From Paecilomyces variotii (taxonomy: Eukaryota): 64,000 bases of DNA. The DNA lies in the NCBI GenBank assembly GCA_004022145.1, contig RCNU01000012.1; one strand, given 5' to 3'. Numbering within the stretch: the stretch's first letter is position 1; each line of letters starts with the position of its first letter. The position numbers and the translations under genes were made by a program. Under the pieces are notes generated by a model. That model did no database searches. It was given only the letters and a program-made list of their open reading frames with translations, and was not told where the DNA came from. This document shows positions 39,903-51,582 of this stretch, piece after piece.

Positions 39903-40360
39903 CTCCGGCCCACCAACCCACCCGCGGCAATTGCCGCACCGGAACTATCTAATAAGAATATGGCGGGCTACCCCCGCCCCTATTATATACATGTATAAAA
40001 AAACAAAAACAAAAAAGAACGCCCGACCCCTTCCACCCCTATTATATACATATATAAAAACATACAAAAGAAACGAACGCCGGCCCGCCAAACCCTCCAC
40101 CCCCCGCCGGGCCCAGAAAAGAAAGAATAAAAGAAAAAGAAAGACAGAACTAGTCGCTGGGTCCCTTACCTGTTCCTCGTCCTGGAGCCCTATCGATGTG
40201 GTCAGTACTAGTCTTACTACTATAAGCAGGGCATGTGAGGTATACTGTTGGGCTTCCACGTCGTCACCCCTGTACGAGCAGGTGATGCTGTCCGTTGACC
40301 CGCCGGACGGCGGGGGACGAGTTGGCCTTGGCGTATGCGTGCGAGGTCAAGGCGATCCGG

Positions 40361-40585
40361 ATGGATCCCAAGACTATAACAATTATCATAAGTATCATTT
40401 TGCTGTTTATTCTCTTGATTATTCCAATTGACTTACCGAGCTCGTATGCGCGCCCGGCCCCACTCGAGGAACAGCACCAAACATGCCGTCCAGAAGGTGA
40501 CAAGCATGAAGCGCAACAAGGCGGTCCAGTCAGAAGCAAAAGGGAGGTCCATATCGACACAAAGTTAATGAATGTATGTGGATAG
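40361..40585 (+). CDS. Candidate 74-aa small secreted or membrane peptide (orphan)
   Basis: AUG followed by hydrophobic TITIIISIILLFILLII, SYA-RP cleavage-like site and an RSKR dibasic site. No homology recognised. Confidence 0.3.
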   Translation: MDPKTITIIISIILLFILLIIPIDLPSSYARPAPLEEQHQTCRPEGDKHEAQQGGPVRSKREVHIDTKLMNVCG

Positions 40586-41792
40586 TGATGTAGCAATAGT
40601 GATATACAGTATTGCTGTGGTGAGAAAAGGAAGAGAATAGTTGGGGGGGGCGTCCTCCAGTTCTATACCCGTTACTTCTGTCTCATCAGGAAGGTACCAA
40701 GTTACCACTACTCTACTACTGCTGTCCGTTGTTGCCCTTGCTCATACCCATACAGAAGTGGAAGCTAGAAGGAAAGAGCAAACGCCAGGTAAAGTGTACG
40801 GGAGGGATCCCCGACGTCTTTGCCGGAAACCGAGATCTTAGCTGTCTGGTTCTTGGAAGGTGAGGACTACCTACCTACCTAGGCAGGCAGTTAGGGAGCC
40901 CTTATCTCTTAGAGACTCAGTTGGAGTTTCTATGCGGACATTAATAAGAGCCAGTATAATAGAACCCCGAACGTAAACAGTAGGAAAGCTCTGCTAAGAA
41001 GTAAGCGTCGGGCAGGTGCAAGCCACGTACTTCTCTTCTCGAGCGTCTCCTCGATCTCATATGGAACCCGCTCACCCTCAAGCTCGACATCGTCGTAGGT
41101 GAAACTTCTCGCATTGCAGCTTACAGCAAGAATATGTGAATCAGCGCTGCCTCAGAGCTGGTTTCTACGTAGCCCAAGGGGACCGGAATACCGGGCCCTC
41201 CTATTTCTTTCATCCACACGATTGCATGGGAACTAGGTAGATTCTTGTATCTATATTGATGGCAACAAGTGCGATTGATTAATTGATCAGTCTAATGATA
41301 ATCGACTAGAGTATTGCAGATGTTCTGATCGTAGATCGGATAGACTAAGTATCTAGAGTGGAGCGGCGGCAAGCAGCGGTTGCTGTGGCAGGGGATGTCG
41401 CAGTGGAGACAACTACTTAGCAGCCCATAATACATCACTTCTTCCTCCATCAACTAACTTATCTGCCACCAACTGCATGGAACCCATCAGGCGCCTTTCT
41501 CTTTGTTATCGGATGAGCCCTGTCTTACTCGCACAAGTGCCTGAAAGGAGCTATTAGCCGAACAAAGCTAATGCGCATGAATGTTTTGCTTGTGAGCAGA
41601 TGTTGATAAGGCCCAGCACCCGGCTGTATGTACCTTGCACGATTTAGGTATCTGGTGAACTGTCGGACATCGAACGTCGCCGTCATACGGACGGGCCCTA
41701 TTTCCGCTGGAGGACTCAAACGCGATTCCAAGGGCTATCGAGGTCAGAAATAAACGATCGAAGGGCAATTGGAGTCCCTCCGGGCCGCAACC

Positions 41793-42590
41793 ATGAAGCC
41801 CTCTATACTTCCCGCTGGCCTGCTTCTCGCGCTATCAGTGCTAGCGATCGATACATCTCCTTTCTACCCACCATGGTCGGATCCGACAATCGAAAAAAGA
41901 GCTGCGGAGGTTCTGGATATTTTGTTAAAGCGGGATGATAACTGCCCGTCGGGGTATAATGCGTGTACTGGCCTGGGGAACTCGGGCGCATGCTGTCGAG
42001 ATGGGACAATATGCTCTCTTGACGCTGCAAGCCACATTGCATGCTGTCCAACTGGCGCCAGCTGCACAGGATCACTTTCTGGATCGCCAACGGAGACGGG
42101 ATCAACCTCAAGTGGATTTATGTTTCCGCAGCCAACATCCGCCTCCACCACGACCTCGGACTCGCCTTCGATAACCGGTACCACGGTCACCGGGGCGCCA
42201 TACCCATTCGTATATATCCCGACGACGTTCGCAAATGCGCAGACTTGCTCTTCATACTACTCCCAATGCCAAAGTCAATACTCGAGCTGCCAGTCTTCTC
42301 TAGGAGGGACCAACGGGGTGACGGTGGCAGGGTCAGGTGGTGCCGGCATAACCGTCCAAGGAGCCACAGCAACGGCGGATGCACAGTCGATCTGTTCAAG
42401 CTTGAGTCGAAAGGCCTGTTATGGATTGCAAATCGGCTACTGTACTGCCTTTGGGAGTTCAGGTGAATCGGCTACCACAACAAACGGCCAGTTCGTCAAC
42501 CCCAACGATGCGCCGTCCATTCGCGTATCGTCGAGTCTATACGATCTAGGTGTAGCTGTTGCTGTTGGTATCGCTGGAATATTTATCTGA
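41793..42590 (+). CDS. Secreted Cys/Ser/Thr-rich, probably GPI-anchored cell-surface protein
   Basis: Signal peptide MKPSILPAGLLLALSVLA, Cys cluster CPSGYNAC...ACC...IC...ACCPTGASC, S/T-rich linker, second Cys cluster and hydrophobic C-terminus. Single exon. Confidence 0.85.
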   Translation: MKPSILPAGLLLALSVLAIDTSPFYPPWSDPTIEKRAAEVLDILLKRDDNCPSGYNACTGLGNSGACCRDGTICSLDAASHIACCPTGASCTGSLSGSPTETGSTSSGFMFPQPTSASTTTSDSPSITGTTVTGAPYPFVYIPTTFANAQTCSSYYSQCQSQYSSCQSSLGGTNGVTVAGSGGAGITVQGATATADAQSICSSLSRKACYGLQIGYCTAFGSSGESATTTNGQFVNPNDAPSIRVSSSLYDLGVAVAVGIAGIFI

Positions 42591-43455
42591 CGATATGATC
42601 TTTCTTCTTCTTTGGACGATTCTTTGAATTATTTTTTTTTTTGGATCAGAAGCCTATCATTCGAGACGATGAATGCATGATGAATGATTTGTGGTGGTGG
42701 ACAGCGATCTCACGAAGTCATGATATCTCTCTTGATTTCTGAAGTACGCTGAATGAACAATGGGGTTCCTCATGGTCTTTATCTTGGGATCCCAGTTCCC
42801 CGCAACGGTTGGAATGCGATACGATTCACGTCCGGTATGCAAGATCGACGCTTAACGTTGAGTTATGACCATTATAGCATACGATTGGTCAAATTGTATT
42901 AGTAAATAAAAATAATATATCACCAGCTCAGAAAAGCGGACAACCGTAAGACCGTTTTGCCTTCCTGCGCTCGTGTGCTGTACATCGAATTGACTTTCCA
43001 TATACATATGTAATTCGCGCGGCTCGCATTTCCTTTCCTGGAACGCCGCCCGTGATCATAGACAATAATAATAGCTTCTTCGTCGACAACATAGTCATGA
43101 TCGCTCGACGCTGCGAGATGAAAAGTTGGACAAATTACCTAGATGATGTGAGGAAGAGGGGGGGAAGATGGGACGATCTCAGAAGTCTTTCCTTTTTTTT
43201 TTTGCGTACGGTTTGAGAATGTGGCGTATCTATAAAATGTTTTGTCTGTCAAGCTGCTGGTGAGAGAGGTAACTTATGTGCTTTATGCTTAGTTACCCTC
43301 TATTTCTTTACTTCTTTCTTTCTTTCTAATGGTGATCCGAGTTGACGGGTTCCTCGAGTATACTGAGCATGCGCATTAGGTATTTACGGTATGTCTGATA
43401 CAGCTATATACATGTCCTAGAACCAAAGAATTTCAAGGTACTCCAGGGCAGGCCC

Positions 43456-45069
43456 TTAGATAGTAAACCCACCAGCCAGTTCCATGATTCCTTCAGGATC
43501 CACTTCCTCCCTGATCTGGCGCAGACGAGCTGCATTGGTCGCACCGTACAGCTCCTCAGCAGTCTTTCCGCTGATAGCGTAATTCGGATAGGCAGTATCC
43601 TCGTCCCTGTAGATGCCTTCGGAGATGGCAACCTTCTTGAGTCTCTCGATAGAAGCCTTCATCGCAGCGTACCAGAACTCGTCCTCCGATTCAAGATCCC
43701 ATGCGAAGTAGAGATTGAGCTGAGAGAAAAGTTAGAATTGGGGTCTTGCACTTTTGCTTTTCAGATCCGATTGAAACGTACCGGAAGAGGGGAGTCTGAG
43801 TGTGGATAAGCGCTATCCGTAGCATATTTGCCGTAGTCCAGGAAAGGCTCGATGTCATAGCTGATGGAGGTACCGCTGTGCAGTGCCGAGATAGAGCCAA
43901 AGTACTGTTAAGAGAAGGGAAAAAAAAACTTCAAGTCAGTGATTCCGAGTCATACAGGACAGGACAGTATATCATGGATGACTCACATCAGTCTCGTTCT
44001 TGACGGCGTCGACAAAGCCCTGGGTCAATTTCGAAGTCGACAACGTGTTAAATGTACCGCGGATGTTGACCTCAAGGGTTGCTGGGAATTCTTGGACCAC
44101 CTTGGAGAAGCTTTGTACCTTGGCTCCATTATATACGGCCGGGATCCCGTCGAACAGATCGAAGATTGCGGGCTTCGAAGGACCATCGTAAAAGAACAGG
44201 GTCAGCGAAGAAGTTCCTATCCCACTGCCCTCGAGGGTCGTGATAATCTGGGCCCTCGGGTCGGTGTTTCGTTTATAGAATTCGACAGTTGCATTCAAGA
44301 TTGCTGGGACCTGGTCGGCAGCATAGTAGGCCAGGCCTCCATACACCTGATCGGTCTGCGGGTGGGTTCTATAGACCGCCGATGTCACAATGCCGAACCG
44401 GTTCAGACCTCCCTTGAGAGCAAAGAAGAGATCGGGCTGGGACGAGTCAACCGTAGTGATTGTTCCATTTGGCAGGACCAGGTTGAAGCTCTCTACTGTG
44501 TCCACGGTCAGCCCGTACTGGTTTGTCTTCCAGGAGAATCCACCGCCAAGTGTGAATCCTCCGACACCGGGACCAAGAGTCCTCCCTCCGACGACGTTCA
44601 CTCCACTGCCGTCGATCTCTTCATAGAGATCGGACCAGATCACACCCATGCCAAGCTCAACTGTTGATTTATCGTCGTTGAAGATAACCTGGGCCATGCG
44701 GTTGAAAGAAATATGGACGCCAGTCGTGCTCGAGAACCCAGGGTTGGAGGCATGCCCGCCCGATTTGACCGCGAAGGGGGTCCTGTTTCTTGCGATGATC
44801 TTGATCGCAGTGGAAACATCGTCTGCAGAGCCTGCCTCTAGCACGCACGTTGGAATCTGCGTTGAAGAGACATACCAATGGTGAATGTCGCAGGAGAAAT
44901 TGGCACTCAATGGGTATATCACATCACTGGCTCCGGTGATGCTGCCACTGATTTGCTCGCAGACGGACTTGACATCTGTACCATTTGATCGAGCATTAAG
45001 CTCATGCACGGCGGCCGACACTGATTGAATCGCCAGCACTGCGAGGAAAGACCGCTTCAATAGAGACAT
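43456..45069 (-). CDS. Secreted FAD-linked oxidoreductase (BBE-like / FAD_binding_4). Exons 45069-43987, 43904-43782, 43719-43456
   Basis: Signal peptide, FAVKSGGH flavinylation motif, GVGGFTLGGG, DLFFALKGG.NRFGIVT and C-terminal YPNYA...LYGATNAARLRQIREEVDP. Confidence 0.93.
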
Positions 45070-47552
45070 CTTGACAAATATCCGTGGGCACAGGCGTCAG
45101 TCCAGCTGCAAGCAGGGGGAGCAGCATTGGACTCTTTATAACTACATCTTCGGATACCGTACCGGGTAAACAAACATGTGCATCCGAGGGTCCTTGACTC
45201 GATTCAATAATGATTCGATGATGCTAATAGAAACCGCTTGTCCCATAGGAGGACCCGGGCCAGTTGAGGGCGGCATTATTAGCGGCGGCATCCAACATAT
45301 CAAGGATGGGGCCCTAAAATAAGCGATCTTTTGAGTTTTGATGATCCTCCGAGTCAGAGTTGGCCATGGTCTTGGGCTTTTTCTTGTCCGCCGCCTCCGA
45401 GACGCTTAAAGTGGTTATGATCTTCACAGAATTCTGCATACCAGATCCCCTCGGCCTTTCCGCTTATGGTAAGTGATCCAGGTACAGCGGACGCTATTCC
45501 GCTCTTTCGAATGCTCATCCCATCAAGAAGGTCCATTCAATTGAATAATATCCACAGGAGGCTCTCTTTTCTGCCATGGGAATGCAATAATATTAATGTT
45601 CAGGCACCTCGTTTCTTTATACTGCCGGTGTGGGGAAATAGGCTTTGCCATGCTTCTTCGGTCAAACTTTATACACGTACGGCTTAATCGTGGGGTTGAC
45701 AAGAAACGCCTGTACGGAGTAACTCAACATCATGGAACACGGATGCTGAGATGCCGCGTGGCAGCGCAAAATTGAATCGCGTTTCCGTCCAGTTGTGGGT
45801 CAGTGATTCATATCAAGGCCAATACTCTAATCCTCTTCAATCGTAGTTCTTAGTTATACCTATCCTAACATGGTAATTATCCGAAATTACCTGGACGATT
45901 GATAAGACAAGAAGCATCTCCGATCTCGCAGTGCAGCTGAGACCTTTCGAATCGAGGAGAATAAGGGTGTGCATGTGCTTGTATGTACTACCTGCAGGAT
46001 ATGTCCACCAATGATCCGTATCCCTGACAAGCCGGAACCCAGGGTATTCCCAGATAGTACCTAGTAGTTTCCGAGCGAAATCCCTCGTTCCTGAATTTCC
46101 TAACTAAGCTTCCGCTTCTTTAAAGTTTATGGTGTATGGTACATCCGCTATGTAGTTACGATCTGTTCAGAATCTAACAATATGCTTGAAAGATGAAAGC
46201 AGGTATCTATGATGAATATTAAGATGGACTTAAAATGGCATAGGTACCTAATCGAGTGCTTTTCTAGCTAGAAGAGAAGACTGAGAATACTCACATCATC
46301 ATCAAATAGTATCTCAACCACCATCTGTGAGGATAAAACCGAAGTCAGTCTAAATAGAACAGTCAGTTACTCTCGTATGTCTCCACTGTCCTCGGAGTCT
46401 TGTGGGGCATCAGTCGTGTGGAGTAAAACGGCGAGGAGTTCCCGTCTCATAGTTATCCGAGATAACTTTTGATCGGTCTAGGTTCAGTTAGCGAGTCCTC
46501 ATTTCTTCTAAACTAAAAGAATCGATGTGCATGTTGATGTGTACCTGACTAGTAGTCAAGATCTGCAACGATGTTCATTGTACAGTAGTACATAGCAGAA
46601 GCTTGGCTCCGACCGATACCTCCGAGGTCGGCTATTCAGGAGTTAGCATCACGGCATGAGTATGGTCGGGGCAGGCATGACTGTAAAAAAGTATTGAGAG
46701 TCGATCGGTGTCTGTTCATAACTTCATATAGTAGTTTGCCAGGTAGCTGCTCTATGAGATTTGATGTCAAAGTATATCTGCTGTACTTTTCTGTTTCCTC
46801 TGTCGTATTCCTCGTATCCCCAGAAAGCTAAAAGGGGAAGATCTAGACTTTCTTCAGGATACGATCTACCTTGCGGCCCGTGTTGAAGAGAGAGAGAACT
46901 GATGAAAATCTGACCCTCGCGATGGATTCATCAGTGCGTGCACTGAGAAAGAGAGAAAAACAAAATCCCAGAAAGAAAAGAGAAACAGAGTTCCAGTTCC
47001 AGTCAGGTCGTCAAAGAGCCATATTGGCTTGTGACTGTGCGGAATAGCTTAGTGCCCATCGCGTCCGGAAGGATCGTAATGGGCGGCGAAAAGGGAGACA
47101 GAGCGAAGCCAGGTACTGGAACACAAGACGCGCTCCATGATCTCGAAAAGGGGAAACATGGACTTTGATGCGTCTGGTGCGACAGACAGTCCATTCGGTT
47201 TCCCTACCGTCGAAGCTGCCGTATTCAACCAGTTTTATCAATTTGGACGTAGGAGTAGGTGTTTTTCTTAACATCACGTGCGACAGCAGTATATATGTCT
47301 CTTGAGTATTGGAAGCTCAACGATTCTCAGTAGCATGATTGGTGTCATAATCAGACCACGACATCATTAATTGGGAGTTTGATTCAGGAGAAGAAGAATA
47401 TTGAGCATTTCCGAAAGTCTCAACAGGATGTGCGGAAGTATGAGATAAGAAATCACGAGTATGATGGTTATGAGAAGTGTTGTTAGACTTTGTAGATGTT
47501 TTTCGGGAGAGGTCGTCTCTGCCTGATGACTGTTCGAAATATCTTGGAAGTC

Positions 47553-48014
47553 TTATTGATAGACGGAAGGAGAGTTCATTGCGACTTTAGAACTACGCCT
47601 TGCAGGCTGTCTAGTCGCATGGAAGTTTCCTTCATACCAACACCGAATTCGTCTCGTACGCTTGGGACAAGGAGTTTCAGGTTCGCCTTCATGAGAAATG
47701 GCAGCAGAAAATCCAGAAGAAACAGCAACTCCGCGTCCACGGTTCCTATAAAAACCGCGACTGCGACTACTACGCGTAAAACGTCCTCTACCACTATAGC
47801 CCCGAGAAGTGGAGGTAGTTGCAGAATTAGAAAATTAAGGTTAGCCAGGAAACAATTTTATAAGGCATTTTCGTGAATATTATTGAGAGTAGACTGACTG
47901 ATAACCTTCAGGAGCAGTAGCAGCGTTGACGCGAGATTTTGCGGCATGTTCTTGAGCAGCCTTTGATTTACGTTTCACGCTATCCGTAGCTGACTTCCTG
48001 AGTGTTGAAACCAT
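47553..48014 (-). CDS. Candidate 118-aa basic Arg/Ser/Gly-rich orphan protein. Exons 48014-47899, 47793-47553
   Basis: AUG after a pyrimidine-rich leader and TATATAA. A phase-2 intron GTCAGT...gctaac...(AG-free)...TAG joins two open frames with similar T-ending codon use. Confidence 0.45.
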
Positions 48015-49219
48015 GCAGCTTTGCTTATTATATAGAATGTTTAGAACGGTGCACAGTAGAAGGAAAGATGATGTTGATGTTTGGAGAGGATATAGAAGAG
48101 TCGAAGATATTTCAAGATGTTTAGGAAGGAAAATGTCTAAGACGGTGATAATTGCAGATGAAGATGCTGCAGGCGAAGATAGTCAAAGAGGAAGAGTTGA
48201 AGATGCAGAGAAGTAGTAGGTTGTAGAGTTCAGATACAGTGGGCAGTCAAGGCATGGATGAAGGAAACACCAGCCTCACTCGGGTCCACAGTGAACAATC
48301 CTAGGAAGCAAACCGAGGCTTGTACAGTAAAATTGCAGAGATCGAAGTGCAGTAAACATGGATGGGAATCAAAATGTACTTGGTGAGATCTTCTGCGGAA
48401 CCAGCTGCGCCTAGGACTGAAAACAGGATGCCGGAAGTGTCCCTATTACCCACATGGAATTCGAACAGGGAAAATTATGGCAATGGGATTGATGTGCAAT
48501 GAGAGGGTCATACTAGGTAGGTAAGAGAGAAGAGTAGATTACTGGAGCCGACACGATCAGAGAGTATGTCTAGCGACCTGGACTAGTGGAGCGCAAGCAC
48601 GTCGCGGCTAAAGAGGCTGTAGATCCGTTCCTGTGCTCGCAAAGGGTAGATATCTAAGGCATGGCAAGGCTACAAGTGATTGGGTTCTCCAAGGTTTCAA
48701 GCGCTGAGGTGGCATCACGATGCATATGTAGGAAAAGCACAGCTGTCGCAGCTTGGCTTTCTTTGTCTAAAAACCATTCTTCGACAAGCCTGTCCTAATC
48801 CGTTTCTCCGAAATAATCTCAATAGTTAGACATTATAACTGATTGGTTTGAATAGTAACACCACAAGCATTCTAGCATGTTAACTGCAAGTACTACCGGG
48901 AACTAGAAACACTTCCCCGACATATTAAGCAGTTCTCATTGGCAGACATATCATATGATATACTCCTTCCCAACACATACAGGATGGACAGGCATTAAGA
49001 AATATTAACCTAGATGATCTGTATGCACCAGTTGCCTCTTCTAGAGTGTACGCCGTAATAGCCCCTACTTATTTGGAGCTTCGCTAGTCGGCTACTGGGA
49101 AAACACTAATAACCTCGTACAACATAGGTCATGTGAATTTCATTTTGGACACAAATACAAAGCTGACCCAGTTACTTCTTTGACTCTGAGAAAACCACCT
49201 TCTACAAATTTGTGCCATC

Positions 49220-50712
49220 ATGCAAAGTACAGAAGGTGACAACAATACTCCAATCGAGGTTGATTATCAGGTTCGCCGTCCAGGCCGGTCCGAATTTTCT
49301 GGATCAACTGTAACTCAATATCGCAGACCACAGGTGACGAGTCATACGAAGATAGACTGTATGCTGGCATTGCTGTCCAAGCTCTTGAATGAGTGAGCAT
49401 TTCACTTTGGGACCTTGTCTGACTTAACTCTAGATCAGCCTACAGTGCTTCTCTAACATCGTCTGTCACCAACTATCGCCATGAGAATGGTCGGAGATAC
49501 CACGCATATGATGATGGAAGTATGACTTTAAAGATGAATTCTCTGAGCGAAACTGACCACTGAGCGCCAGGATACTTACTGCCAAATGATGAGCACGAGC
49601 AAGACCGTCTAGACATACACCATGCGCTATGTAAACAAATTCTCGACGGAAAACTTCTCTTAGCTCCGATTGAGAATCCCCAGAGAGTTCTCGATCTCGG
49701 AACGGGAACCGGAATTTGGGCGATTGAATTTGGTATGTAACTCTTTGCACGGATAAGATTCTAGGGCGGCCCTATGGGAATCTCTTAAGTACTAAAATAC
49801 CTCCTTAGCGGACCAATACCAATCTGCGGAAGTTAGTTAGAACAGGAGAAATAATATTCAGATGGGAACTAATCAGGTCAGGTAATTGGTTGCGATTTGA
49901 GTCCGGTTCAGCCTGCTTGGTCAGTTCATATTCCTATCACCCATTCTAGATACTGAGAGGTTGCCTTCGCATAGGGTTCCTCCAAACGTACAGTTTTACA
50001 TCGATAACATCGAGAAAGACTGGAACTATGAATCGCCCTTCGATTTCATTCACGCCCGTTATTTGGCAGTGGCAATGGAGGACTATGCCGGATTAGTGAA
50101 GAAGGCTTATCAGTCAGTGTTGATTTTTCTTAATTTTTGCAGAAACTGACCCGAGTTACAGACATGTGAAGCCAGGTTCTTGGGTAGAATTTCAGGACTG
50201 GGATCAATACCCGTTCTCCGAAGACAAGACTCTAGAAAACACCAACATGGAGAAATACTTCGCGGAAGTCATAGGTGCATTCGCTGAGAAAGGATACGAG
50301 GCTAGCCCAGGTCCAAAACTGGAACATTACTTCAAAGCTGCAGGTTTCCAAGATGTCCATGTTGAGAAATTTCGAGTGCCTCTCGGAATATGGCCAAAGT
50401 CACCACATCTTGTCTGCAAATATCCCGAGATCCCCCTAGTCTCGATATGCGACTGATATTCTTCTTAGAAAACGATTGGGACCTGGATGATGTTGCAAGG
50501 GGAAGAAGGTTATGAGGCAGGAGCGATGGCTATTCTGACTCGATACAAGGGCTGGTCGGAGGATGAAGTCCGTGTATTGGTGGACAAGACAAGGAAAGAC
50601 GCCAAGGATCGTGATATCCATACTCAATTCCATTTGTAAGATCCTCTCACCAGATCATGAATTCTTGCTGATTGTATTTAGTTATGTGGTATATGGTCGC
50701 AAACCGGAATGA
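49220..50712 (+). CDS. LaeA-like SAM-dependent methyltransferase, 10 exons: 49220-49270, 49327-49358, 49434-49519, 49571-49732, 49809-49831, 49882-49919, 49975-50112, 50162-50411, 50469-50635, 50682-50712
   Basis: [91 protein letters not shown] and YVVYGRKPE-stop. Nine GT-AG introns all restore the frame. Confidence 0.92.
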
Positions 50713-51035
50713 AAAAAGTTTCGAGCGACCAGAGACTGGGTGCTTTTTGAACACATCCATCATGATGGCCAACTCTCGTTTCATCGATTATATATGGAAA
50801 AGTGAATGAAATTTATTATTCACTTGGTAAATCTTAACGTTAGGAAATGAGAACAGCCAAGATGCGTAATTTCTCGGGGCAAACTGCTTTGTCGAGCCAT
50901 ATTTTCTATTATACTGGAACTCATAGCATGATCGGAATCAGTCTGCTTTCATTCTCTTTAGCTGCCAAAAATGGGGCATTGACCTGTCATTCTAATAACA
51001 AGCCACCGTAGGAGTCGATAATATGTGCTCGAGAC

Positions 51036-51265
51036 AAACTCCATTTTCCCTTTCCCGCTACCTTATGGACAACTCTTTTTGTCTTAATACCTATCTCTCC
51101 GTCTGGGAATCGGACCTAAACTTTTCCTTCTGCGGAACGGCACTTTCCTCTTTAAAGCGATTTATTACCCATGGATGCATCTACCGTATGGTTCGGACGT
51201 CGACAGTATGTAAACTCCATTTTTCCTTTCCCGCTACATTATGGTCAACTATTTTTGTCTTAATA
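51036..51265 (+). repeat. Imperfect 54-bp direct repeat (51036-51089 and 51212-51265)
   Basis: aaactccattttccctttcccgctaccttatggacaactctttttgtcttaata versus aaactccatttttcctttcccgctacattatggtcaactatttttgtcttaata. Confidence 0.9.
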
Positions 51266-51582
51266 TCTCTCCTTGTTGACATAAGGCGACTCGGGTAACT
51301 TCTACGGGCATCAAGTGCAGACGTTAGACACGAAAAGCATAGGGCACCGTGTATTCTAGCATGAGCTCACAGGATGACTGGTAAGTGACGCCAATGATAC
51401 CTGTCTCCATTTCCTTTGAAACCATGGAAACTTCAAGGCAGCAATGATACGCAGTATACTGAGCATATATAGGTATCCTCTGTCGCTTCTGATTTCCACC
51501 CACAAATCGACCATTTTCATCAAATTCTCCGAGAACACTGAATATCCTCTTCATCGTGCACTCTGTTATCAGACCCCACAAA

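Noticed and set aside
39733-40431. ORFs with poly-Phe or poly-Lys
   Set aside because: Products of the T40 homopolymer and low-complexity sequence.
43979-43985. TGACTCA in an oxidoreductase intron (similar words at 427-433 and ~13399)
   Set aside because: These coincide with splice signals (GTGAGT donor or branch-like words) and are expected by chance.
43939-44667. 242-aa plus-strand ORF
   Set aside because: Antisense to the FAD oxidoreductase exon, with no motifs of its own.
43456-50712. Secondary metabolite biosynthetic gene cluster
   Set aside because: No backbone synthase, transporter or pathway-specific regulator in the window.
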